This document shows, in pieces, positions 1 to 7,336 of a stretch of 50,328 bases of DNA. Made by a program: the position numbers and the translations under genes. A model generated the notes under the pieces. That model saw only the letters and a list, made by a program, of their open reading frames with translations. It was not told the DNA's origin and made no database searches. Position 1 is the first letter of the stretch. Every line of letters begins with the position of its first letter. The DNA comes from a virus. The stretch lies in the IMG/VR virus record IMGVR_UViG_3300024259_000003; one strand, 5' to 3'.

Positions 1-127
1 GCGCGACAATTATAACCGGATATTGATAAGAAGCGGTGAGGGAAATGCCTTTGATTTCGAGACTGTATCGGATCTTTACTTTGTGTTTGTTGCTGTTGAT
101 GATAGCAACGTCAAGTATTCAAGTGAT
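1..127. repeat. Terminal direct repeat, left copy (identical to 50202..50328); assembly overlap of a circular or circularly permuted genome
   Basis: Bases 1-127 (gcgcgacaattataaccgg...gtcaagtattcaagtgat) recur verbatim as the last 127 bases of the window. Confidence 0.95.
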
Positions 128-640
128 CCAGTATTCTCAAACATTTGGGGTCAAGGTCAAATCCCTCCAGATAGAGATGATCTTGGTGATGAGCTGGTTC
201 AATACGAAACTCTTTCAAATCCATCTTATCAAGCGGGAACGGCTGACGATGCTGTGGCTGCCGAGTTTAGTGCTGCTGATTTTAAGCAAAGCGATGTAAC
301 TCCAATTGTAAAAAAACGGATTATGTACAAGCATCGAACCGGATATCAAACACTTATTATAACGTGTGCGATAAAAATTGATGCTGACACTGGATATGTG
401 AAGGGATCTCTTACCACCAGAGGCGGGTCCGAGGTGTCCGGGAAAAACGCAACTGGATCAACAACAAACGCAAGTTACGAGGATGTTGTGCTTGAAATTG
501 ATGTTTCATCAGGGCTTACCGTTGGGACTCGATACGAGCTTGAAATCTTGATATGGAACTCCGATCCGACTCCGGGATCATTAACATTTTTAGAAGACGC
601 AGTTTCATTGGAAATTGTGAAAAACATCGAGGTGTACTAA
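2..640 (+). CDS. Tail fibre / receptor-binding protein, C-terminal part of the ORF that starts at 49282
   Basis: Same reading frame as 49282.. across the 127-bp repeat. Track ORF 23..640 is only the piece after an internal TTG. Confidence 0.7.
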   Translation, partial: RDNYNRILIRSGEGNAFDFETVSDLYFVFVAVDDSNVKYSSDPVFSNIWGQGQIPPDRDDLGDELVQYETLSNPSYQAGTADDAVAAEFSAADFKQSDVTPIVKKRIMYKHRTGYQTLIITCAIKIDADTGYVKGSLTTRGGSEVSGKNATGSTTNASYEDVVLEIDVSSGLTVGTRYELEILIWNSDPTPGSLTFLEDAVSLEIVKNIEVY

Positions 641-1369
641 ATGAAAAGACTGATTTTAACATTAACAATATTCGTGGCATTGATGCTGGTCTCCTCGATC
701 TCCGATTCCGCGACTCCGGTTAAAAATCCGAATGTTACCGAGTACCGCGAAGCCTTCATGATGGGTGGTGAACACTCCTATTTTTATTTTGAGGGGCAAG
801 ATACAATCAGTCCTGCCGGAGGTGTCGATTCAACCGGGTTCGATTCGATTATGACAACCGGACCGCTTAATGTTGGATGGCTGGATGCTGATTCTATGGG
901 TACTTATCCTAATTGGACAAAATTTGATTCAGTGACATGGCAAGATCCAACAATGTGCTGGCTATGGCTTCGGGCTGACTCGAACTCTTATGTCGACGGG
1001 ACTGTTACTGGATACGGGGAGTACATCCTTCCTGATGACCCTGATAGTGCTATTCCTGATAGTGTTGGATTTGCCAAAATAATAGTTCAGTATATGCTCA
1101 ATGTTGATGACTCTGATAATTCTTACTCTGCATGGTTCGCAGATACCTCAAATGTCGTGGCTCAGGACGGAAAGTGGAATTCAGAGGATTATGGGATATG
1201 GACATATGAAGAGCTTATCGGTCCTATCTCAACAGCAAGAATGATCGGGGCATGGTGGATATACAATATCAAGATCCCGCCATCGGGGATTATTGATATC
1301 ACAATTGAATCCGTTGACGACATGCGCGAGACACCAATCTACAAGTGGAGAGTAGTATGCGCTCATTAA
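641..1369 (+). CDS. Secreted protein of unknown function (Sec-type signal peptide)
   Basis: N-terminus MKRLILTLTIFVALMLVSSISDSA has a basic n-region, a hydrophobic core and small residues before a likely cleavage site. The ATG directly abuts the tail-fibre stop (taaATG). Confidence 0.6.
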   Translation: MKRLILTLTIFVALMLVSSISDSATPVKNPNVTEYREAFMMGGEHSYFYFEGQDTISPAGGVDSTGFDSIMTTGPLNVGWLDADSMGTYPNWTKFDSVTWQDPTMCWLWLRADSNSYVDGTVTGYGEYILPDDPDSAIPDSVGFAKIIVQYMLNVDDSDNSYSAWFADTSNVVAQDGKWNSEDYGIWTYEELIGPISTARMIGAWWIYNIKIPPSGIIDITIESVDDMRETPIYKWRVVCAH

Positions 1370-2355
1370 GAATTTGGACAATCATTCTCCTGTTGGTGAT
1401 AATAGCGTCGACCGGATTTGCACAGCGAGGTCAGCAGCTCAGGTATGGTCGAGGAGGTAATGGCCATCTCGTTCACCTCGGTAATCCATTAACGATCGAC
1501 GGAACGCTGTATCTCGTCTCTGATGGTGATACGGTCAGAATCGATCCCGGTACAGAGCTTAATATCTTGCAAGTGAATGTCAACGGGACAACGATGTTCT
1601 CTGTTGACACTACCGGAATTGTATATCTCGCCAGCAATCTGCAGATGGCTAATGATGTTTATCTGCAAGCCTACAACAATGCAGATGATGCTTGGCTTGA
1701 TATGATCAAGATCAATGCTTCGGATGAATTGGTCACCGGATCTGATCTAGTGATGGGATTGCTCGATATTGTACCGGGGTCTAATATCGCTCTTGCCAAC
1801 ATGGACACGTTGACTCAGGCTGGCGGTTCGGTCGCATTAGGAGAGTTGTCTTATCAGTTTAAGGTCGGGAACTCCGGACTGATTGAGATATATACTGCCT
1901 ACGATGGCGCGGGTGCGTTTGATAGCTCGCGGGTTGATATAAACACTATCCTTCATGTCACTGGTGATATCAGGAACAATGGAACATCGCACTTTACTGA
2001 CATCTATAATGTGGGCAAGTACATATCTACCCCTCCGACAGACAGCCTGTATCTCGCTGCTGAGACCATCATCTCTACGCATGAACTTGAGTTTATTGGA
2101 GGTTCTGGTGGAGCGGTAACAATGACATCTACTCCAACAATTGTCGCTGGAGTTGCAGCAGGTCAGGTGATTGAATTGATCGGGCTTGACGACGCGAACA
2201 CTATCACGCTTCAGGATGAAACTACTGTTGCCGGGACAACCCTTGAGATGGCAGGTGATGTGAGCTTCGCTTTAGGGATTAATGATGTCATTTCATTCCG
2301 GTGGACTGGTGCAGCTTGGGTCGAGAGGTATCGGTCAGATAACGATAACGATTAG
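1357..2355 (+). CDS. Secreted fibre-like protein (signal peptide, Gln at predicted +1)
   Basis: GGAG at 1347-1350 lies 6 nt before ATG 1357. N-terminus is MRSLRIWTIILLLVIIASTGFA|QRGQ. The rest is Gly/Thr/Asn/Val-rich with a repetitive beta-type composition. Confidence 0.6.
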   Translation: MRSLRIWTIILLLVIIASTGFAQRGQQLRYGRGGNGHLVHLGNPLTIDGTLYLVSDGDTVRIDPGTELNILQVNVNGTTMFSVDTTGIVYLASNLQMANDVYLQAYNNADDAWLDMIKINASDELVTGSDLVMGLLDIVPGSNIALANMDTLTQAGGSVALGELSYQFKVGNSGLIEIYTAYDGAGAFDSSRVDINTILHVTGDIRNNGTSHFTDIYNVGKYISTPPTDSLYLAAETIISTHELEFIGGSGGAVTMTSTPTIVAGVAAGQVIELIGLDDANTITLQDETTVAGTTLEMAGDVSFALGINDVISFRWTGAAWVERYRSDNDND

Positions 2356-2363
2356 GGGATGAG

Positions 2364-3131
2364 ATGAATAAATTACTCTTAATACTGCTAATCCCGATAA
2401 TTTGTTTCGGGCAGACCATTGGCGGTGCTGATGCTAACAATGATGTTGATCTCCCCGGGGATGTGAATATTGCTGGTGCGCTACATGTTACCGGCAATCA
2501 AGCATGTCATGGCGAGATGTGGATGTATGAATCATCGGGCGAATTGACGGTCGCAATAGCTAACCAATACTATGCGGTCAATGGTGTTCTTGAGGCTGGC
2601 GAACTGTGTGATTGGACATTTGTCGCTGGATCTAATGGATCAGGAGCCATAACAAACTCGGGTGGGACTGCGATTAATATTGCGGATACAGATCATGGTC
2701 TGATATCTGGTGATTACGTGAATGTTCAATCCGTGAATCACATGGGATCATCTGTTGTCACATACGTTGATGCGAACAATTTCACCGTCGCAATCGCCTA
2801 CGTCGGCGATGAGGCTTGCACATGGGACGAGGGTGATTACCTCCTTGCCGGGGCTACTGCTGCGGGGAGATATCTTATGAACATGAGTTTTTCTGGTAGT
2901 AGCGGAGCGCAACCATCTAAAGAGTACAAGATTGAAGGCGTGATCAATTCGACCCACATTGATGAGATTGCAATAGAAATTATCACAACCGCGAATCTCC
3001 ACAATGGCGCGGGATCTTCTGCACTTATTACGGTCGCTGCTGGTGATCGGGTGTGGACTCAGATTAAGAATACTCAAGACACGCAGAACTTCAGCTATGA
3101 ACATGCGAACATAAATTTGCACAGGATATAA
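2364..3131 (+). CDS. Secreted protein with a jelly-roll (C1q/TNF-like?) C-terminal pattern
   Basis: N-terminus is MNKLLLILLIPIICFG|QTIGG. The C-terminal ...AAGRYLMNMSFSG...ITVAAGDRVWTQIKN... resembles fibre-head jelly rolls (weak, by eye). Confidence 0.55.
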   Translation: MNKLLLILLIPIICFGQTIGGADANNDVDLPGDVNIAGALHVTGNQACHGEMWMYESSGELTVAIANQYYAVNGVLEAGELCDWTFVAGSNGSGAITNSGGTAINIADTDHGLISGDYVNVQSVNHMGSSVVTYVDANNFTVAIAYVGDEACTWDEGDYLLAGATAAGRYLMNMSFSGSSGAQPSKEYKIEGVINSTHIDEIAIEIITTANLHNGAGSSALITVAAGDRVWTQIKNTQDTQNFSYEHANINLHRI

Positions 3132-3132
3132 G

Positions 3133-3984
3133 ATGCGATATCTTAACCTAATACTGATCCTTGCACTATTCCTGCCGATCACAGCGACGGCTCAATATCG
3201 AGATATTGTAATTGATAACTCGAAGTCATTTGATGTTGTGGTTGCGAACGGGGCATATCAGGATGTTGTTGTTGGGTCATCGTTGGCATTTGTAAATGAG
3301 TACTCTTTGAACTTCGACTCGATAGATGACTTTGGTGACATCGTAACATTAACTTTAGATCTGTCAGGTACATCCGACTTTACTGTTCAGATGTGGGCTA
3401 AAATTCCTGTGGGCGAGGGCGACTACTTAATGGCTCAATCTCATGCAAACCCACCTTCTTACGCTACTGATTGGGGTTTAGCTGTTGGTGGGTCTATGTT
3501 CTGGATGAGATCGAAAACTGTTGGATTGGTTACTGATTATGATGATAATGCTTGGCATCACTTTGTAATGAGCTGGAACAAGAGCGCAGAGACTTTTGAA
3601 GGTTTCGTTGATGGATCTTCAAAAGGCACATCTGCTGTTGTTACTGGCTATGGTGGTATGTCTTCTGTCAAGGTATCTACTCGTGGCGACGGAACTTCTA
3701 GTTTCTCGGGAGGCAATGCTGACGAGATTGCTATTTGGACAGGTGTCGCATTGGGATTGAGCGAGGTGGTTGCATTGTATAATTCTGGAAATCCAACTGA
3801 CTTATCATCGAACTCTGGTAATTATGTTAGTTCTTCAAGCTTATTAGTTTGGCTAAGAAATGGTGATGGTACAGAAGGGGGAACAGGAGCAAAGGTTTAT
3901 GACATGTCAACCAATTCTTATGATTGCACTCTCAATAACATGGACAATTCGGATTATGAACTCGACGTTCCATCAAATCCATAA
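3133..3984 (+). CDS. Secreted LamG / concanavalin-A-like lectin domain protein
   Basis: Signal peptide MRYLNLILILALFLPITATA|QYRD. FTVQMWAK...NAWHHFVMSWN...FVDG...ADEIAIWTGVALGLSEVVALYNSGNP matches the Laminin_G_3-type pattern (W..v..t.., DE.rIw...Ls..Ei..ly). Confidence 0.7.
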   Translation: MRYLNLILILALFLPITATAQYRDIVIDNSKSFDVVVANGAYQDVVVGSSLAFVNEYSLNFDSIDDFGDIVTLTLDLSGTSDFTVQMWAKIPVGEGDYLMAQSHANPPSYATDWGLAVGGSMFWMRSKTVGLVTDYDDNAWHHFVMSWNKSAETFEGFVDGSSKGTSAVVTGYGGMSSVKVSTRGDGTSSFSGGNADEIAIWTGVALGLSEVVALYNSGNPTDLSSNSGNYVSSSSLLVWLRNGDGTEGGTGAKVYDMSTNSYDCTLNNMDNSDYELDVPSNP

Positions 3985-3993
3985 GGATACGCA

Positions 3994-4287
3994 ATGAAAC
4001 TAATTATAATGATACTCATATTGGCGGTTGTCTCAATTTCGTTGGCAGATGACACTACGGTATATCTAATTATTCCGACAGCCGATATCACCGATGAGAT
4101 GTATGTAAATTCGCACCAGAAGGATAATGGATCCGCAAGAGTTTCTATTGATGGAGTGCTGACGCTTTTTTCATATCGAGGTACTAGCATCCCTGAATGT
4201 TTTGTGATGTATAAAAGTTACTCAAAATTCGAGATGAGACTGATTGTAGATGATCCTGATGGTCGGTGGTATCGGGATGAAGAGTAA
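3994..4287 (+). CDS. Small secreted protein
   Basis: MKLIIMILILAVVSISLA|DD signal-like N-terminus; 97 aa. Confidence 0.5.
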   Translation: MKLIIMILILAVVSISLADDTTVYLIIPTADITDEMYVNSHQKDNGSARVSIDGVLTLFSYRGTSIPECFVMYKSYSKFEMRLIVDDPDGRWYRDEE

Positions 4288-4373
4288 CGATACCCGGTTG
4301 ACTATATGGTTATAAAGGTTGCATTTCAGATAGAACAGGTTCTTTATTCATTAAGTTTACAGGAGTGTATAAT

Positions 4374-5039
4374 ATGGGATTTAAAAGGATATTGTTGGTA
4401 GCAATACTTTTCCTTGCAGTATCAAATATTTGTTATTCAATAAGCTCTTTGGATTCGGAAACAGAGATTTCGATTCGCACTCCCAATCAAGATGATGTTA
4501 ATGTTTTCGATTGGTACGTTGCAAATGAGTTCCTGATCAATGTATCAGAAGATCGGTATGGGATTAATAAATTTTCATGCTCCTTGATGGGTGCCGTTGA
4601 GCGAGAGAATGGGATTGAATATTCTGAACACAAAGCACGGTTGACCTATCTGCTTCCATTCTATCTGATCAAATCAGAATTCCGGACCCATTACAAAGAA
4701 GCTCAGAAAATCGATGATCAAATCTTTACATTGGGATGGTCAGCGAGTTACATTAATAGTGCGCGTCGTGAAATTATATTTGGTGCAGGTCTTGGGGTAA
4801 AAGCAACATCGTACCGATCGCCCAATGTAGCCTTTGATTTAAGGATTCCAATGCCGGGAGAAGATGGAAGATGCAATCTCACATTGATTTATGGTGAAGC
4901 TCCTATATGGGATATCAATGTCGAAACGCTACCAGTGAAACGTGGTAAGGTCAAGCACAAAGTTGTCTTCAGGTATTACACGAGCGGAGACAAGCAAACA
5001 TACAGTCTTTCATACAAAATCGGGGTTCGATTACTATGA
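4374..5039 (+). CDS. Secreted protein, possible small outer-membrane beta-barrel (Lom/OmpX-like moron?)
   Basis: AGGAG at 4360-4364 lies 9 nt before ATG 4374. Signal peptide is MGFKRILLVAILFLAVSNICYS. Alternating hydrophobic strands occur throughout (FTLGWSASYI, IIFGAGLGVKATSY, CNLTLIYG, KVVFRYYTS, YSLSYKIGVRLL at the C-terminus). Confidence 0.4.
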   Translation: MGFKRILLVAILFLAVSNICYSISSLDSETEISIRTPNQDDVNVFDWYVANEFLINVSEDRYGINKFSCSLMGAVERENGIEYSEHKARLTYLLPFYLIKSEFRTHYKEAQKIDDQIFTLGWSASYINSARREIIFGAGLGVKATSYRSPNVAFDLRIPMPGEDGRCNLTLIYGEAPIWDINVETLPVKRGKVKHKVVFRYYTSGDKQTYSLSYKIGVRLL

Positions 5040-5392
5040 GCAATAAGCAAATGTGGTCGATGCTTGGTGGATTGACGGGCATACTTCTTCTCCTAATTGG
5101 GGTGTTGTGGTCGCAAACTAATGATTCACTCAAGACTCTTGAGGCAAAGAAGGCCAGTAAGGAGTTTGTTACCTCTACATATAAAGATGCGGTTGATCGA
5201 GATGGCGTAACGAAGTCTGTTGCACTCCATCTCGATCCAGTAAATGTCAAGATTAAAAACATTGAATCTGACATCACCGAGATCAAGGATGCACAGAACA
5301 AGCAGCACGATCAATTCAATGAGTTTCAAAAATCATTGAATAAAATGATGGGTATGATGGAGCGAATAGACGAGCGAACTAAAAAGGAGTGA
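5036..5392 (+). CDS. N-terminally membrane-anchored coiled-coil protein (i-spanin- or holin-associated candidate)
   Basis: One TM segment (LGGLTGILLLLIGVLW) followed by a charged, helical-looking tail. Lies upstream of the endolysin. Confidence 0.35.
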   Translation: MSNKQMWSMLGGLTGILLLLIGVLWSQTNDSLKTLEAKKASKEFVTSTYKDAVDRDGVTKSVALHLDPVNVKIKNIESDITEIKDAQNKQHDQFNEFQKSLNKMMGMMERIDERTKKE

Positions 5393-5395
5393 CCT

Positions 5396-5800
5396 ATGGA
5401 TTTATCCTTAATCAAAGAGCTGGTTTTGGGTATACCTGTTGTCGGGGATCTAGCCATTAATGATCCGTTGGCAGTCGGTGGTGGAGGCTTGTTATCTGTT
5501 GTGATTTTATTTGCGATCGCGAAGTTCTTGAATAGAAAAAAACTCCGTAGAGTGGCATATCGATTTATGTCCCGGATGAATAAACTACTCGGAGCATTTG
5601 ATATCCCTGTTATTTCTGGTAAAAGCGAGGAGTCAATTAAAAACGCATTCCGGACAACGATGGTGGATATCTCAATATCAATTATTGCTGCAAAGCTCAA
5701 TATCAATCCTGATCGTCTCTATGATTCAATAGTCAAAGGGTTGAAGGATCTACGTTTCAAAAGTACTGCCGAAGAAAAAAAATACAGGCTTAAGAAATGA
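5396..5800 (+). CDS. Membrane protein, holin candidate
   Basis: Hydrophobic segments LVLGIPVVGDLAI and GGGGLLSVVILFAIAKFL are followed by a basic stretch NRKKLRR. Good SD (aaaaggag) before the ATG. Confidence 0.35.
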   Translation: MDLSLIKELVLGIPVVGDLAINDPLAVGGGGLLSVVILFAIAKFLNRKKLRRVAYRFMSRMNKLLGAFDIPVISGKSEESIKNAFRTTMVDISISIIAAKLNINPDRLYDSIVKGLKDLRFKSTAEEKKYRLKK

Positions 5801-5991
5801 GAAACACATGGAACTGTTTAATTCCCTCAAAGGCCCCGCTACCAAACGAAGGGATACCAGTAAATTGTGCTGGTCACTCTTTTAAGGTAATGAGTGGAGT
5901 TTATAAATACGAATCAGGCGGGTGGTGGTGGCTGTCTGAGGGTGAGTGGGTGGAGTTTTCAAGCCCAATTTACTGGTCCTATTTACAATAG
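5797..5991 (+). CDS. Hypothetical Trp-rich small protein
   Basis: ORF overlaps the upstream stop (ATGA); no recognisable motif. Confidence 0.4.
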   Translation: MRNTWNCLIPSKAPLPNEGIPVNCAGHSFKVMSGVYKYESGGWWWLSEGEWVEFSSPIYWSYLQ

Positions 5992-6027
5992 ACCAAACGC
6001 AACATTAAAAAACGGAGGTTAAGTCAA

Positions 6028-6381
6028 ATGTCTACGTACCTAGACAGAATAATTGAGTCAGTGGATGAAGTAAGGAATTATTGGGAGAATTTGTTTACAG
6101 GTGAATTTAGTCTTAATGAGGTTACGGATCTCATTTCATCACTTGTTGAATCCGCAGAATCAATTATTATTGATCCCGGAAATGGCGAAGCAAAGCATGC
6201 GCTCGTAAAAGAGGCATTCAGTTACTTCGACAAGGAGTATAAACTGATTCAGCATATCGATGATATGATTTCGTTACCATTTTTCCTTGAACCATTTGAC
6301 GGGAAAGTTCTTGAATTGCTTGTTGATGCAATCATCACAGCAGCAGTATTAGTGTTTAATAAAACTATTTGGAAAAAGTGA
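6028..6381 (+). CDS. Hypothetical protein with a C-terminal hydrophobic segment (lysis-cassette member?)
   Basis: SD ggagg before the ATG. C-terminus is LLVDAIITAAVLVFNKTIW. Lies immediately upstream of the endolysin. Confidence 0.4.
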   Translation: MSTYLDRIIESVDEVRNYWENLFTGEFSLNEVTDLISSLVESAESIIIDPGNGEAKHALVKEAFSYFDKEYKLIQHIDDMISLPFFLEPFDGKVLELLVDAIITAAVLVFNKTIWKK

Positions 6382-6384
6382 ATA

Positions 6385-6870
6385 GTGAGGCGTATCGATT
6401 ACCTCATTTTTCATATCTCCGTTTCCGATTGTGGTGATGCTGATGAGATTCGTCGCTGGCATATCGATGGAAACGGATGGGATGATATCGGCTATCACTG
6501 GGTGATTCTGAATCCCTATAAGGATCAGGATTCATTTGTTAATAAAAGGCCAGTGATTCTTGATGATGGAAGAATCGAATCCGGTCGACCATTTAACACG
6601 CCCGGGGCGCACGTTGCTGGTTATAATTGGAACTCGATCGGAATTTGCTTTGTAGGGAAAGGGATGGTAACTGGAAGGCAATTGATATCAGCAAAGAATC
6701 TCATGTTCAGTTTGCTTCAGAAAGGGATAATTACCCCGGACACAAAAGTTATGGGCCACTACGAAATTGATGAACATAAAACGTGTCCGGACATTGACGC
6801 TGACATCCTTCGTGAAATGTTCCGTCAGGCTTGCGACGTACACAACCTGATTGCGAATAAAACGTCCTGA
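6385..6870 (+). CDS. Endolysin, N-acetylmuramoyl-L-alanine amidase (Amidase_2 / PGRP, T7-lysozyme-like)
   Basis: YLIFHISVS...IRRWH...GWDDIGYHWVI...GAHVAGYNWNSIGICFVGKG...GHYEID.HKTCP carries the Zn-ligand and fold pattern of Amidase_2. Confidence 0.85.
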   Translation: MRRIDYLIFHISVSDCGDADEIRRWHIDGNGWDDIGYHWVILNPYKDQDSFVNKRPVILDDGRIESGRPFNTPGAHVAGYNWNSIGICFVGKGMVTGRQLISAKNLMFSLLQKGIITPDTKVMGHYEIDEHKTCPDIDADILREMFRQACDVHNLIANKTS

Positions 6871-6936
6871 AGCGTATTGTTTCTCATCCCGAGCCGTTCG
6901 TTGCGTAGATATGCCTTAAAACGACGATCTGGTGCA

Positions 6937-6965
6937 TTGACAATTGAATGAATAATTGCTATATT
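6937..6965 (+). promoter_or_regulatory. Sigma70-type promoter for the tRNA (TTGACA-17 nt-TATATT)
   Basis: TTGACA at 6937-6942, a 17-nt spacer, TATATT at 6960-6965. The expected start site falls at or next to tRNA base 1 (6971). Confidence 0.6.
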
Positions 6966-6970
6966 TGATT

Positions 6971-7042
6971 TGCGGGGTAGAGCAGAGGTAGCTCACGAGG
7001 CTCATAACCTCGAGGTCGCTGGTTCGAATCCAGCCTCCGCAA
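6971..7042 (+). tRNA. tRNA with anticodon CAU (Met, or Ile2 if lysidinylated); no encoded CCA
   Basis: The cloverleaf folds by hand. Acceptor tgcgggg/ctccgca has 7 bp with one G-U. D arm is gagc-agaggta-gctc. Anticodon arm is cgagg-ctCATaa-cctcg. Variable loop is aggtc. T arm is gctgg-ttcgaat-ccagc, and the discriminator is A. The 3' flank is 'ca', not CCA. There is no run of three consecutive G-C pairs next to the anticodon loop, so it is not initiator-like. Confidence 0.9.
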
Positions 7043-7100
7043 CAAAGATTCTCCTTGCCAGAGATGGCACCTCCCGGTTCGGAGTGACGATCCGGACCAT

Positions 7101-7136
7101 GCCCCGGACTTGACCCGCCCGGGGCAACTTTTTTTC
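7101..7136 (+). terminator. Rho-independent terminator after the tRNA
   Basis: gccccgg(7101-7107)...ccggggc(7119-7125) stem followed by aacttttttt. Confidence 0.7.
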
Positions 7137-7165
7137 AAATATCGTGGCAAGTGAAGAATTATCTA

Positions 7166-7194
7166 TTGCATAGCACATTAAAAGATTGTATTTT
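7166..7194 (+). promoter_or_regulatory. Candidate promoter of the recombination/replication operon (TTGCAT-17-TATTTT)
   Basis: TTGCAT at 7166-7171, a 17-nt spacer, TATTTT at 7189-7194. Confidence 0.4.
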
Positions 7195-7199
7195 TAAGT

Positions 7200-7287
7200 G
7201 TCGATAACCAGTATACGCCTTACATACGTCATGTGAGGTAACTCCAAGTTTTCAAAGTCAAGCGCAATTTCCTCACTGGTTATCGAC
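7200..7287. repeat. 13-bp perfect inverted repeat (gtcgataaccagt / actggttatcgac) separated by 62 bp
   Basis: Arms at 7200-7212 and 7275-7287. Lies in the leader of the operon that starts at 7337. Confidence 0.8.
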
Positions 7288-7336
7288 CCCAACCTAAAGA
7301 GATGTTGCGCTTGTCTGATTTTAAAGGGGTCTAAGT

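Noticed and set aside
7045-7100. Possible second tRNA or tRNA remnant just after the tRNA (contains a cccggttcggag, T-loop-like string)
   Set aside because: I could not fold a cloverleaf. Only short 4-5-bp hairpins form. It is treated as the structured 3' trailer of the tRNA transcript.
6959-7150. Minus-strand 63-aa ORF
   Set aside because: It lies directly over the tRNA and its terminator, so it is an artefact of the structured GC-rich sequence.
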